A stretch of 64,000 nt of DNA from a candidate division WOR-3 bacterium (GTDB lineage Bacteria > Hydrothermota > 32-111): the NCBI GenBank assembly GCA_039804105.1, contig JBDRZU010000001.1, positions 256,001-320,000 of the forward strand. Reading direction: 5' to 3'. Below, piece after piece: positions 38,886 through 48,621 of this stretch. Below the pieces are notes generated by a model, which did no database searches, was not told where the DNA came from, and worked only from the letters and a program-made list of their open reading frames with translations. The translations under genes were made by a program, and so were the position numbers. How positions within the stretch are numbered: the stretch's first letter is position 1; the number at the start of each line of letters is the position of its first letter.

Positions 38886-41593
38886 TCTTTCTTTTCAACT
38901 TTTATGATACATTTAAAAATATCACCTTTTTCAATATCGTCGAAACCATCGAGTAAAACAGCACACTCGTAACCTGCCTCAACTTCTTTAACATCATCTT
39001 TAAATCTTTTCAATGTTTTTATAGGGTATGTTCCAATATCATTGCCGTTTCTTAAAATATTTATCATGGAATTTCGAACAATTTTTCCATCAATTACATA
39101 AAGTCCTGCGATCGTTCCCAGTTTTGAAATTTTAAACAGTTCTCTCACTTCTGCTGTTCCAATTATCTTGTTTTCGTAAACAACTTCTTTAAACGATTTT
39201 AATGCGTTTTTAACATCATCTATAACATCATATATAACATTGTATTGTTTTATAATGATACCTTCAGTTTTTGCTTTTATTCTTGCGTTTGGATCTATAG
39301 ATGTATCAAAAGCTATTATCATTCCCTTGGATGCTATCGCAGCATTGACATCATTTTCAGTCACGATTCCAACATCTTTCAACACAACATTAACAATCGC
39401 ATCTTCATTTGATAACATCTGTAATGAATCAGCAAGTGCCTCTATTGAACCATAGGCCTTCCCTTTTATGATTATATTTAACTCTTTCTTTTTCATTATC
39501 TCAAGTTGTTTTTCAAATCCATCAAGCGATGTTATTTCTCTTTTCTTCAAAAGTTGTTCTCTGTATGCAAAATACCTTTCACGTGCGATCTCTTTCGCGA
39601 TCTTTTCATTTTCCACAGTTGTTAAAATATCTCCAACTTCTGGTAATTCATTCGCTCCAACGATCATTATTGGAATTCCAGGAGTTGCCTTTTGAACTTC
39701 CTGTTTGAACTCGTTCAACATTTTTCTCACTTTTCCATAAACTTTTCCAACAACAAAAAAGTCATCCTTTTTCAAAGTTCCTTTTTGTATAATACAGTTG
39801 AATATAGCACCAAGTCCTTTATCCTGTTTTATCTCGATTACTGTTCCTTTAACCGTTCCCTCATAAGGTGCTTTAAGGTCGAGTAATTCGGCCTGTATAG
39901 CAATCGTTTCAAGAAGTTCTTCAACATTTTTTCCAGTTTTTGCAGAGATTGGAACAACAGGCACATTACCACCAAATTCATCTGGAACTACATTTATATT
40001 TAAAAGTTCTCTTTTGACTCTATTGATATCGCTTTCTGGAAGATCGATTTTGTTTATCGTAACAATAATTGGAACATTTGCTAATTTACAATGATTTATG
40101 GCTTCAATAGTTTGCGGTTGAACTCCATCGTTTGCAGCAATAACTATCACAGCAATATCTGTTATCTGTGCTCCCCTTGCTCTCATCGCTGTGAATGCTT
40201 CATGGCCTGGTGTATCAAGAATCGTTATTATTCCATGTTTTGTATTTACAGTATATGCACCAAGATCCTGTGTAATCTTTCCATACTCAGAATCAGCGAT
40301 TCTTGATTTTCTTAAATAATCTATCAAAGTTGTTTTCCCATGATCAACATGCCCCATTATTGTTATAACCGGGGGTCTTTTCAAAAGTTCATATTTTTCT
40401 TTTTCTTCCTCTTCCTCTTTTTTCGCTGTCTCTTCAATCTCAGGAGCTATCCTTTCAACATCATATCCAAACTCCATCAAAAGTAATGAGGCGGTTTCAA
40501 AATCTATCCTTTGGTTTATCGTAACCATCAAACCAAGTTCTATTCCTTTTTCGATTAACTCGACCGGATCTATGTTGATTCTATCAGCCAGATCTGAAAG
40601 AACAATAAAGTCGGAAATCGCTATTTTTTTTGTTTCCCCTTCCTCTTTAACCTCTTTTGGTTTTTCTTTATATTTTTTCTTATGCGATAATTCACCAGCC
40701 CTTATCGCTTTAATTGTTTTTTGTATTGATTTTTCAATAACTTTTTCATCGATTACCTTTTTCTTTTTTCCTTTTTTACCTTTTGTTATCTCTTCAGATG
40801 TTATGAATTTTTTTTCAGATTCGAAAATCGGTTTTACCTCTTCAAATTTGGGGTTTTGATAAGGTTTTCCTTTAAAATAGTTTTCTCTTTTATCTTTTCT
40901 TTCGTACCTCTCAAACTTCTTTTCAGCAGGGAACTGTTTCTTTTCTGTTGGGTGTTGCTCAGCTGGTTTCTGTTTTTCAATAGGTTCTCGTTTTTCTACT
41001 TCAACCTCTTCAAAAGTCCCCTTTTTATTTTCAGAAGCCACTTCTTCCTTGGCAACCTTTTCTTCTATTTTTTCAGGTTCTTTTAAAACAGTACTTTTTT
41101 CATTTTCATTGATTTTTTCAATTTTTTGTATTTTGAGTTTTTCTATATCTTGTATTTTTTCTTCTTTTTTTTCTTCAATCTTTTGCTCTTCTTGTTTTTC
41201 GATCTTTGGTTCCTCTTGAGTTGCACTTTCAATACGTGAGCACTTTCTCTTTGGTTTTTGAGGGATTTTTTCTTCTTCCTCCTCTTCTTCTTCCTCTTCA
41301 ATCTCTTTTACTACTTTTTCTTTTGTAGATTTTTTAGTAGTTCTTTTCGTTTTTGTTGTTTTTTCTGTTTCACTCTTTTCTTTTTCTTCACTTTTCTTTT
41401 TTTTCGCTTTACTCTTTTTCAATTCTTTGAAATATTCTGTTATTTCTTTCACAATTTCAACATCAAGAATCGTTTGTTCTTCATAACTTTTTTTATATTT
41501 CTTTTTAAGGTATGAAATTATATCTTTGCTACTAACTTTTATCTGATCAGCAAGTTCTTTAAGTAAAATCTCTTTCTCTTTTTTCTTAGGCAT
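38882..41593 (-). CDS. infB: Translation initiation factor IF-2
   Basis: [23 protein letters not shown] and [11 protein letters not shown] motifs. Confidence 0.97.
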   Translation of the reverse strand: MPKKKEKEILLKELADQIKVSSKDIISYLKKKYKKSYEEQTILDVEIVKEITEYFKELKKSKAKKKKSEEKEKSETEKTTKTKRTTKKSTKEKVVKEIEEEEEEEEEEKIPQKPKRKCSRIESATQEEPKIEKQEEQKIEEKKEEKIQDIEKLKIQKIEKINENEKSTVLKEPEKIEEKVAKEEVASENKKGTFEEVEVEKREPIEKQKPAEQHPTEKKQFPAEKKFERYERKDKRENYFKGKPYQNPKFEEVKPIFESEKKFITSEEITKGKKGKKKKVIDEKVIEKSIQKTIKAIRAGELSHKKKYKEKPKEVKEEGETKKIAISDFIVLSDLADRINIDPVELIEKGIELGLMVTINQRIDFETASLLLMEFGYDVERIAPEIEETAKKEEEEEKEKYELLKRPPVITIMGHVDHGKTTLIDYLRKSRIADSEYGKITQDLGAYTVNTKHGIITILDTPGHEAFTAMRARGAQITDIAVIVIAANDGVQPQTIEAINHCKLANVPIIVTINKIDLPESDINRVKRELLNINVVPDEFGGNVPVVPISAKTGKNVEELLETIAIQAELLDLKAPYEGTVKGTVIEIKQDKGLGAIFNCIIQKGTLKKDDFFVVGKVYGKVRKMLNEFKQEVQKATPGIPIMIVGANELPEVGDILTTVENEKIAKEIARERYFAYREQLLKKREITSLDGFEKQLEIMKKKELNIIIKGKAYGSIEALADSLQMLSNEDAIVNVVLKDVGIVTENDVNAAIASKGMIIAFDTSIDPNARIKAKTEGIIIKQYNVIYDVIDDVKNALKSFKEVVYENKIIGTAEVRELFKISKLGTIAGLYVIDGKIVRNSMINILRNGNDIGTYPIKTLKRFKDDVKEVEAGYECAVLLDGFDDIEKGDIFKCIIKVEKKD

Positions 41594-42890
41594 TATTTGA
41601 CTCCCTTTCTTTTAAATAATCCTTAGCACTTTTCATAATTTTTTCTGCTGTTTTCTTTCCAAAACCCTGTATATTTTCAAGTTCTTCTATCCCCTTTTCA
41701 ACTATCTCTTCAACACTTTTATAACCTGCTTTCACAAGATTTTCTTTCTGATTTTCTGTGATGTCCTTCAATTCATAAATTGGATTTATATCGGAACTTT
41801 TTCCAAGTTCATCTCTGAACTCACTCTCGGAAATAACCTGTAAATTCCAGCCCGTTAATCTTGATGCAAGTTTGAGATTCACCCCATCTTTTCCGATCGC
41901 TTTGTCTTTTGTGTCATCCTTTACAACAAGTTTCATTGTCTTCATATCTTCGTTTTTAAAAGCTCTAATAATGACCCCCGGAGATATTGCTCTTTGTGTA
42001 TACAGAGTGGGATCAGAGGACCATTGAATTATATCAATATGTTCGTTGTTCAACTCTCTAATTATTGTATGGATTCTTGAACCTTTAACTCCAACACATG
42101 CACCAACAGGATCGATTTTGTCATCAGTCGACATCACAGCAATTTTCGATCTTTTTCCAGGTTCTCTTGCAATACCTTTTATTACAACAGACCCCTCTTC
42201 TATTTCTGGAACTTCAAATTCTAAAAGCTTTTTAAGAAATTCATCAGATTTTCTTGATAAGAATATTTCTGGATCCTTATTGTTGTTCTTTTTAACTTCT
42301 ATGATAACGGCTTTTAGAAGTTTTCCCTGTCTAAAATTTTTTATCTCATCAGGAATCGCTTCATCAAAAGCCATTTTTGCATCCAATCTTGCAAGGTTTA
42401 CATAAACAAATCCCTTTGCTTTATCAATTTTTTTTATGTGTCCATTGACAAGCATCCCAACTTTCGCTGAGAACTCGTTAAATAAGGACTCTCTTTCTTC
42501 AGCAAGAACCTTAGTGTTGATGAGTTGTTTCATTCTGTTGATAGCACTTCTACCAACATCTTCAACTGAAAGTTCTTCCCAGAATTTATCACCGAGTTTT
42601 GCATTTTTCCTTGATTTCTCATCAGGGGCATTTTCTATTGCATCTTCCAAACTTATTTCAAGATTTGGTTCTTCAACATTTTCAACTATAATAAGACCCC
42701 TTTCAATTTTTATTTCTCCAGTTGCCTCATTGATCGTAACTTTATAATCACCATCCTCACCGTAATGTTTTTGAACAGCAAATTTAAGTGATTCTTCAAC
42801 AATTTTTAAAAGTTTACTTTTATCAATATTTTTTACAGCACTGATCTCCTTTATCGCTTCAATAATTTCCCTTTCTCTTTCTTTGTTCAC
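41586..42890 (-). CDS. nusA: Transcription factor NusA
   Basis: FEVPEI, AREPGKRSK, DPVGACVG and AIGKDGVN motifs; GTG start. Confidence 0.96.
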   Translation of the reverse strand: MNKEREREIIEAIKEISAVKNIDKSKLLKIVEESLKFAVQKHYGEDGDYKVTINEATGEIKIERGLIIVENVEEPNLEISLEDAIENAPDEKSRKNAKLGDKFWEELSVEDVGRSAINRMKQLINTKVLAEERESLFNEFSAKVGMLVNGHIKKIDKAKGFVYVNLARLDAKMAFDEAIPDEIKNFRQGKLLKAVIIEVKKNNNKDPEIFLSRKSDEFLKKLLEFEVPEIEEGSVVIKGIAREPGKRSKIAVMSTDDKIDPVGACVGVKGSRIHTIIRELNNEHIDIIQWSSDPTLYTQRAISPGVIIRAFKNEDMKTMKLVVKDDTKDKAIGKDGVNLKLASRLTGWNLQVISESEFRDELGKSSDINPIYELKDITENQKENLVKAGYKSVEEIVEKGIEELENIQGFGKKTAEKIMKSAKDYLKERESNNA

Positions 42891-42891
42891 T

Positions 42892-43170
42892 TTACCTCCT
42901 ATCTTTTTCTTCTCCTGGTGAAGAGACCTCTAAAACATAATTTTTTTCGAATATTTTTTCAACATCGAGTAGAACTTCAAACTCTTTGTGAAATTTTTCC
43001 AGATCTTTCACTGTTATTCCACCTTCTTTATCTAGAAAAATTCTTATATGAGGATTTATTGATTTTGAAACAAAAATTTTTACAAGTTTTATCTTTTGTT
43101 CAAGATAATCCTCTCTACTCAATAGTTTTTCTACAAGTGTTTTCACTTTTTCTTCTCTTTCTTCATACAT
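42892..43170 (-). CDS. rimP: RimP, N-terminal domain only
   Basis: IRIFLDKEGGITV and YVLEVSSPG; directly upstream of nusA; only 92 aa. Confidence 0.8.
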   Translation of the reverse strand: MYEEREEKVKTLVEKLLSREDYLEQKIKLVKIFVSKSINPHIRIFLDKEGGITVKDLEKFHKEFEVLLDVEKIFEKNYVLEVSSPGEEKDRR

Positions 43171-44869
43171 TGTATTTTTCCATCTCCTCTTTTATTAGTT
43201 GATTTATTTTATCAAAAACCTGTTCTTTATCAACCATAATTCTCTGGTTATCCCTTCTCCTTGCGATCTCTACTTTACCTTCATTCAAAAACTTGTTTCC
43301 ATATATGATTTTGAAAGGAATACCGATAAGATCAGCATCTTTAAACTTGTTTCCTGGAGAAAGATCTCTATCATCAAGTAAAGCATCATATATTGAAAAT
43401 CTGTTATAAAGATTCTGTGCTTCATCCACAATAATTTTTTCTTTAACATTTAAAGGAATAATGATAACTTTAAAAGGTGCAACCGAAATCGGCCAAATTA
43501 TGCCGTTTTCATCATTATTCTGTTCAATTATCGTTGACGCGATTCTTCCAAGTCCTATACCATAAGATCCCATAACAATAGGTTTCCTTTCTCCGTTATG
43601 TGTTAAATACTCTGCTTTCATCGATTCAGAATACTTTGTTCCCAGTTGGAAAATATGACCTATTTCAATCGTTTTTTTGATCTCCAATTTCCCACCACAT
43701 TTTTCACATCTGTCATTTTCCTTTAGTTTTATAATATCAACAAATTTTATGTTTTTTATATCTCTTTCGATATTTATATTGATGAAATGGTAATCCTTTT
43801 TGTTTGCACCTGAAACAAGACCTTTCCTTCCTTTCAGTGAGATATCCGCATAAACTGGAATCTTAAGGTTTACAGGTGAAACATAACCTTTTGGAGCATT
43901 ACAATATTTTTCGATCTCTTCATCAGTTGCATATCTGAAGAGTTCACCAAAAATTAAAGTAAGTTTATCTTCATCAATATCCCTATCACCAGGTAGAATA
44001 ATAAAAACTGGTTGACTATTTGCTATCAAAAGTATCGATTTAAATAATCTATTTTTATCAATCTTCAAAAATTCACTTATACTTTCAATACTACCTTCAA
44101 CTGGAGTGAAAACCTCTTTTAATTCTCCATCAATATCAGCAGGGTTTTCAATCAAAGGTCTTGCTACCTCTGTGTTTGATGCTGTTTTACAGTTTTCACA
44201 TATTACAACATTGCTTTCTCCAGCATCAGAAAACGCCATAAACTCCTGAGATTTTTTACCACCCATCAAACCACTTGCTGCTTCTACTACCACAAAATCA
44301 AGCCCACATCTTTTAAAAATTCTTGTGTACGCTTCCCTATGTTTTTCATAAGAAAGATTCAACCCTTCATAATCTTTATCGAGTGAGTAAGAGTCCTTCA
44401 TCTCAAACTGTCTGACTCTTAAAAGTCCGCTTCTTGGACGTGGTTCATCTCTGAACTTTGTTTGAATTTGATACCATATTTGTGGGAGATCTCTGTACGA
44501 TTTAATTTCTTTCCTTGCAAGATCTGTAATGATCTCTTCATGTGTTGGACACATCGCAAAATCTCTTCCTTTACGATCCTTCACTCTGAACATCTCATCT
44601 CCAAAATCTGTCCATCTTCCACTCTCTTCCCATATCTCTTTTGGAGTTAAAACAGGCAGTAAAAGTTCCTGCCCCCCTATTCTATCCATTTCTTCTTTGA
44701 TTATCTTTCTAATGTTCTCAATAACCATGAGTCCTAATGGTAAATATGAATATATACCCGCAGCGTTCTGTCTTATAAAACAACCTCTGAGCATCAGTTT
44801 ATGGCTTACTATCTCAGCATCTTTTGGAATCTCTTTTAAACTGTTAAAAAGAAAATTTGTCAGTTTCAT
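43163..44869 (-). CDS. proS: Proline--tRNA ligase (bacterial type with insertion domain)
   Basis: PTHEE, QTKFRDEPRPR, IEIGHIFQLG and GSYGIG motifs. Confidence 0.96.
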   Translation of the reverse strand: MKLTNFLFNSLKEIPKDAEIVSHKLMLRGCFIRQNAAGIYSYLPLGLMVIENIRKIIKEEMDRIGGQELLLPVLTPKEIWEESGRWTDFGDEMFRVKDRKGRDFAMCPTHEEIITDLARKEIKSYRDLPQIWYQIQTKFRDEPRPRSGLLRVRQFEMKDSYSLDKDYEGLNLSYEKHREAYTRIFKRCGLDFVVVEAASGLMGGKKSQEFMAFSDAGESNVVICENCKTASNTEVARPLIENPADIDGELKEVFTPVEGSIESISEFLKIDKNRLFKSILLIANSQPVFIILPGDRDIDEDKLTLIFGELFRYATDEEIEKYCNAPKGYVSPVNLKIPVYADISLKGRKGLVSGANKKDYHFININIERDIKNIKFVDIIKLKENDRCEKCGGKLEIKKTIEIGHIFQLGTKYSESMKAEYLTHNGERKPIVMGSYGIGLGRIASTIIEQNNDENGIIWPISVAPFKVIIIPLNVKEKIIVDEAQNLYNRFSIYDALLDDRDLSPGNKFKDADLIGIPFKIIYGNKFLNEGKVEIARRRDNQRIMVDKEQVFDKINQLIKEEMEKYNV

Positions 44870-44873
44870 AAGA

Positions 44874-46073
44874 TCATATAACTTTATGTTTTTTACCTAT
44901 TTTTACAAAAGCGTCTATCGCTTTATCAAGATGTTCTTTCGTATGAGCAGCAGATATTTGAACTCTTATCCTCGAACTTCCCTTTGGAACAACAGGATAA
45001 TAGAATCCGATCACATAGATTCCTTCATCCAAAAGATCCTTTGCAAAAATTTGTGATAGTTGAGCATCATTTTCAAATTTTGAAAACATTATTGGAACTA
45101 TCGGATGTATTCCGGGTTTGATATCAAAACCGGCTTGTGTCATTTTTTCTCTGAAATATTTTGTGTTCTCTTCAAGTTTATCTCTGAGTTCAGTTGTCTC
45201 TGAAAGCATATTAAATATTTCGAACGCTGTATAAACAATAACTGGTGATAGAGAGTTCGAGAAAAGGTATGGTCTTGATCTTTGTCTTAAAATTTCGATT
45301 ATCTCTTTTCTTCCTGATATGAATCCACCCATAGCACCACCCAACGCTTTTCCAAGTGTTGAAGTGATTATATCTACTTTATCGATCACATTCATGAGTT
45401 CAACAGTTCCTCTACCAGTTTTTCCAATAAATCCTGTTGCATGGGAATCATCAACCATCACAAGTGCATCATATTTTTCAGCTAGTTGAACTATTTTGTC
45501 AAGTTTTGCAATATCACCATCCATTGAAAATACACCATCAGTTGCTATCATTCGATATCTTAAATTCTGTGTATTTTTTAGAATTTCTTCAAGTTGCTCC
45601 ATATTCGAATGATCATAAACAAACCTTTGGGCTTTGCACAATCTTACACCATCTATTATCGACGCATGGTTTAATTTATCAGAGATTATTGCATCCTGTT
45701 CGTTCAAAAGTGGTTCAAAAACACCACCATTGGCATCAAAACATGCAGCATATAGTATCGTATCATCTTTCTGTAAAAATTCTGAAATCTTATTTTCAAG
45801 TTTTTTATGGATATCGAATGTCCCACAGATGAATCTCACAGAACTTAAACCGTATCCATATTTTTCGATACCTTTTTTTGCTATCTCGATAAGTTTTTCA
45901 CTTCCAGCAAGTCCAAGATAGTTGTTTGCACAGAAATTCAAAACTTTCCTTCCATCGTTAAGAGTTATTTCCACACCTTGCTTTGAAGTTATTATTCTTT
46001 CCTCTTTATACAGATTATCGCTTTTTATTTTTTCGATCTCTTTTTTTAAATCTTCTTTTATTCTTCCATACAT
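44874..46073 (-). CDS. kbl: 2-amino-3-ketobutyrate CoA ligase
   Basis: NFCANNYLGL, SSVRFICG, TLGKALGG and RQRSRPYLFSN motifs. Confidence 0.95.
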   Translation of the reverse strand: MYGRIKEDLKKEIEKIKSDNLYKEERIITSKQGVEITLNDGRKVLNFCANNYLGLAGSEKLIEIAKKGIEKYGYGLSSVRFICGTFDIHKKLENKISEFLQKDDTILYAACFDANGGVFEPLLNEQDAIISDKLNHASIIDGVRLCKAQRFVYDHSNMEQLEEILKNTQNLRYRMIATDGVFSMDGDIAKLDKIVQLAEKYDALVMVDDSHATGFIGKTGRGTVELMNVIDKVDIITSTLGKALGGAMGGFISGRKEIIEILRQRSRPYLFSNSLSPVIVYTAFEIFNMLSETTELRDKLEENTKYFREKMTQAGFDIKPGIHPIVPIMFSKFENDAQLSQIFAKDLLDEGIYVIGFYYPVVPKGSSRIRVQISAAHTKEHLDKAIDAFVKIGKKHKVI

Positions 46074-46085
46074 AGTTTCTCCTTA

Positions 46086-47186
46086 TTATTCTTTAAACTC
46101 TTTCAACCTTTCATTTAAAATTTTTTTATCAGGAAAGAGTACTATCTTTGCTGAAACTCTTGGAATTTTCATCATCTCTTCAAAACCTTTTTCAAAATCC
46201 TCGAGAGAAAAAAGATTTGTTATCACAGGTCTTATATCAAGTTTTTTTGATGAAAGCATATTTTTTACTCTTAACCAAGTATCGAACATTCTTCGTCCTG
46301 AAATACCATGTATCTGAATTCCCTTAAAAACTATCTGATTATTATAATCAATTTCCAACTTTTGTTCAGGGGTGATTCCAAATGCAGAAAACCTTCCACC
46401 TTTTCTTAAAGAGTTTAACCCTTCTTCAACCGCCTGTTTAGCACCTGCCATCTCAACAACTATATCTGCTCCATAACCATCGGTGTTATCCTTAATAAAT
46501 TGAACCCTGTCAATATTATCAGTCGCTTTCAAAGAATAATCTGCTCCCATTTTTTTGCCAATCTCCATATTGAAATCAAAAACACCAACATGAAAAATTT
46601 TTGATGCTCCTGCAAGTTTTGCAACACCTATTGCGAACAAAGCAGTTGGGCCATCACCAAAAATAGCAACCCTTTTGCCATATAAGTTATAATCTTCACC
46701 TAAAACAGCATAGGTAGCATTCCCAAGGGGTTCCTGAACTGATGCTATCTCTGGTGGAATGCTTTTGTCGTTGACCCATGCAACGGACTCTGGAATCACA
46801 GCATACTCAGCAAAAACTCCATCTCGATCAACACCCAAAATATCGCCGTTTGTACAAATGTGTTCGTTACCTGTTAAACAGTTTATACACTTTTTACATG
46901 GTATATGTGTTTCAGCAGAGATGAAATCCCCAACTTTTATTTTTTTAACGGATGAACCCACTTCAACAACTTCACCACAAACCTCATGTCCAAGTGTTTG
47001 GGGAACATTTTTTATTCTTGTTTCAGACCATTTATCCCATTTGTATATATGAACATCTGTTCCACATATACTGGTAGCAACAACTTTTATTAAAACTTCA
47101 TCGGGCTTTATTCTTGGAATTTCCACATCAACAAAATTTGCACCTTTTTCTCTTTTAAGTTTTCTTACTGCTTTCATTGTTCCCAT
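46086..47186 (-). CDS. tdh: L-threonine 3-dehydrogenase
   Basis: ICGTDVHIY.WD.W, GHE, AETH, a four-Cys Zn site and EPLGNA; adjacent to kbl. Confidence 0.9.
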   Translation of the reverse strand: MGTMKAVRKLKREKGANFVDVEIPRIKPDEVLIKVVATSICGTDVHIYKWDKWSETRIKNVPQTLGHEVCGEVVEVGSSVKKIKVGDFISAETHIPCKKCINCLTGNEHICTNGDILGVDRDGVFAEYAVIPESVAWVNDKSIPPEIASVQEPLGNATYAVLGEDYNLYGKRVAIFGDGPTALFAIGVAKLAGASKIFHVGVFDFNMEIGKKMGADYSLKATDNIDRVQFIKDNTDGYGADIVVEMAGAKQAVEEGLNSLRKGGRFSAFGITPEQKLEIDYNNQIVFKGIQIHGISGRRMFDTWLRVKNMLSSKKLDIRPVITNLFSLEDFEKGFEEMMKIPRVSAKIVLFPDKKILNERLKEFKE

Positions 47187-47190
47187 TTTA

Positions 47191-48507
47191 TCATATCTCC
47201 TTTAAAGATTTTTCAACTATTTTTACTCCTTTTAAAGCATCATCTTTTGAAAGATTGAGAGGTGGTCTAAATCTTATACTCTTTTCACCACATTTTATTG
47301 AGAATAAACCATTTTCAAAAAGTTTATCAAACATCTTATCCCTTTTTTCCGTATTCTCAAGATCAAATGCTATCATCAATCCCCTTCCCCTTATATTACT
47401 AATTTTTTTACTCTCGATCTTCTTCAACTCATCAAGTAAAAATTCACCGACATTCTTTGCGTTTTCAACAAGTTTTTCCTCATCAATTATCTGCAAAATT
47501 CTCGTTGCTCTGACCATATCGGTCAAACTTCCACCCCAGGTTGAATTTATCCTTGAAGATTCTGCAAAAACATGGTTTTCAACTTCGTCAACTCTATCTG
47601 AACACATTATTCCACAGATCTGTGATTTTTTTCCAAAAGCAACTATATCTGGCTTTATATCAAAATGTTCAAAACACCAGAATTTTCCAGTTAATCCCAT
47701 ACCTGTCTGCACTTCATCGAGTATAAACATTATTTCACTTTCAAGAGTAATCTCTCTTAATTTTTTGAAAAACTCTTTTCTAAAATGCCTGTCTCCACCT
47801 TCTGCCTGAATCGGTTCAAGTATGAGTGCTGCTATATTGTCTCCATCTTTTAATATTATTTCTTTGATTTCATTTAAAATTTTTTCTTCTTCCTTTTCAA
47901 CCCTTTTGATCTCTTCTCCTGTAATTGGGAATTTCAATGCTGGACTTTCAACACGAGGCCAATCAAATTTCGGGAAAAATTTTGTTTTTCTTGGATCAAA
48001 AGTGTTTGTCATACTTAAAGTGTATCCACTTCTTCCGTGAAAAGCATGTTTGAAATGTATAACTTTGGTTCCTATTTCTCCTTTTCCCTTTTTAAGATTT
48101 TTTCTAATTTTCCAATCAAACGCAGTTTTTAATGCGTTTTCAACTGCAAGTGCACCACCTGAAACAAAGAACAGGTATTTCATAAAATCTGGTTTTGCTA
48201 TATGTCCGAAAGTATCAACGAATTCAGCCATCTCAACAGTGTAAATATCTGAATTGGATGGTTTATGTATTGAAACTTTACCGATCTTTTTGATAAACTC
48301 TTCGTTGTTCATTTTTGGGTGGTTAAAACCGATCGGAGAGGAAGCGAAAAATGTGAAAAAATCAAGATACTCTTTGCCATATTTTGAATCGTAAAGATAA
48401 GAACCATGTGACTTTTCTGCATCAAAAACAAGATCAAATCCATCAACAAGCATATATTTTGATAATGTTTCAAGAACATTTTTAGGATATATTTTATTAG
48501 TCATCAT
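47191..48507 (-). CDS. lat: L-lysine 6-aminotransferase (class III)
   Basis: KPSNSDIY, GALAVENALKTAFDWK, EPIQAEGGD, FGKK and SRINSTWGG motifs. Confidence 0.88.
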   Translation of the reverse strand: MMTNKIYPKNVLETLSKYMLVDGFDLVFDAEKSHGSYLYDSKYGKEYLDFFTFFASSPIGFNHPKMNNEEFIKKIGKVSIHKPSNSDIYTVEMAEFVDTFGHIAKPDFMKYLFFVSGGALAVENALKTAFDWKIRKNLKKGKGEIGTKVIHFKHAFHGRSGYTLSMTNTFDPRKTKFFPKFDWPRVESPALKFPITGEEIKRVEKEEEKILNEIKEIILKDGDNIAALILEPIQAEGGDRHFRKEFFKKLREITLESEIMFILDEVQTGMGLTGKFWCFEHFDIKPDIVAFGKKSQICGIMCSDRVDEVENHVFAESSRINSTWGGSLTDMVRATRILQIIDEEKLVENAKNVGEFLLDELKKIESKKISNIRGRGLMIAFDLENTEKRDKMFDKLFENGLFSIKCGEKSIRFRPPLNLSKDDALKGVKIVEKSLKEI

Positions 48508-48537
48508 ACCTCCTGAGTTAAAGGAAATTAAATTATA

Positions 48538-48565
48538 AATATATCAAATATTTATCAAAAGTCAA
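48538..48565 (-). promoter_or_regulatory. Candidate promoter of the long lat-to-apt operon
   Basis: TTGACT-N16-TATATT. Confidence 0.5.
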
Positions 48566-48586
48566 TAATAAGATATGAGATAAATT

Positions 48587-48614
48587 AAAAAAGGGGCTTT
48601 TAAAAGCCCCTTTT
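48587..48614 (-). terminator. Intrinsic terminator
   Basis: Palindrome AAAAGGGGCTTTTAAAAGCCCCTTTT just downstream of the gene ending at 48622. Confidence 0.8.
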
Positions 48615-48621
48615 AAAAGAT

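Noticed and set aside
41270..41300. Poly-Glu (TCT/TCC) tract in infB
   Set aside because: It is the ordinary low-complexity IF-2 N-terminal linker.
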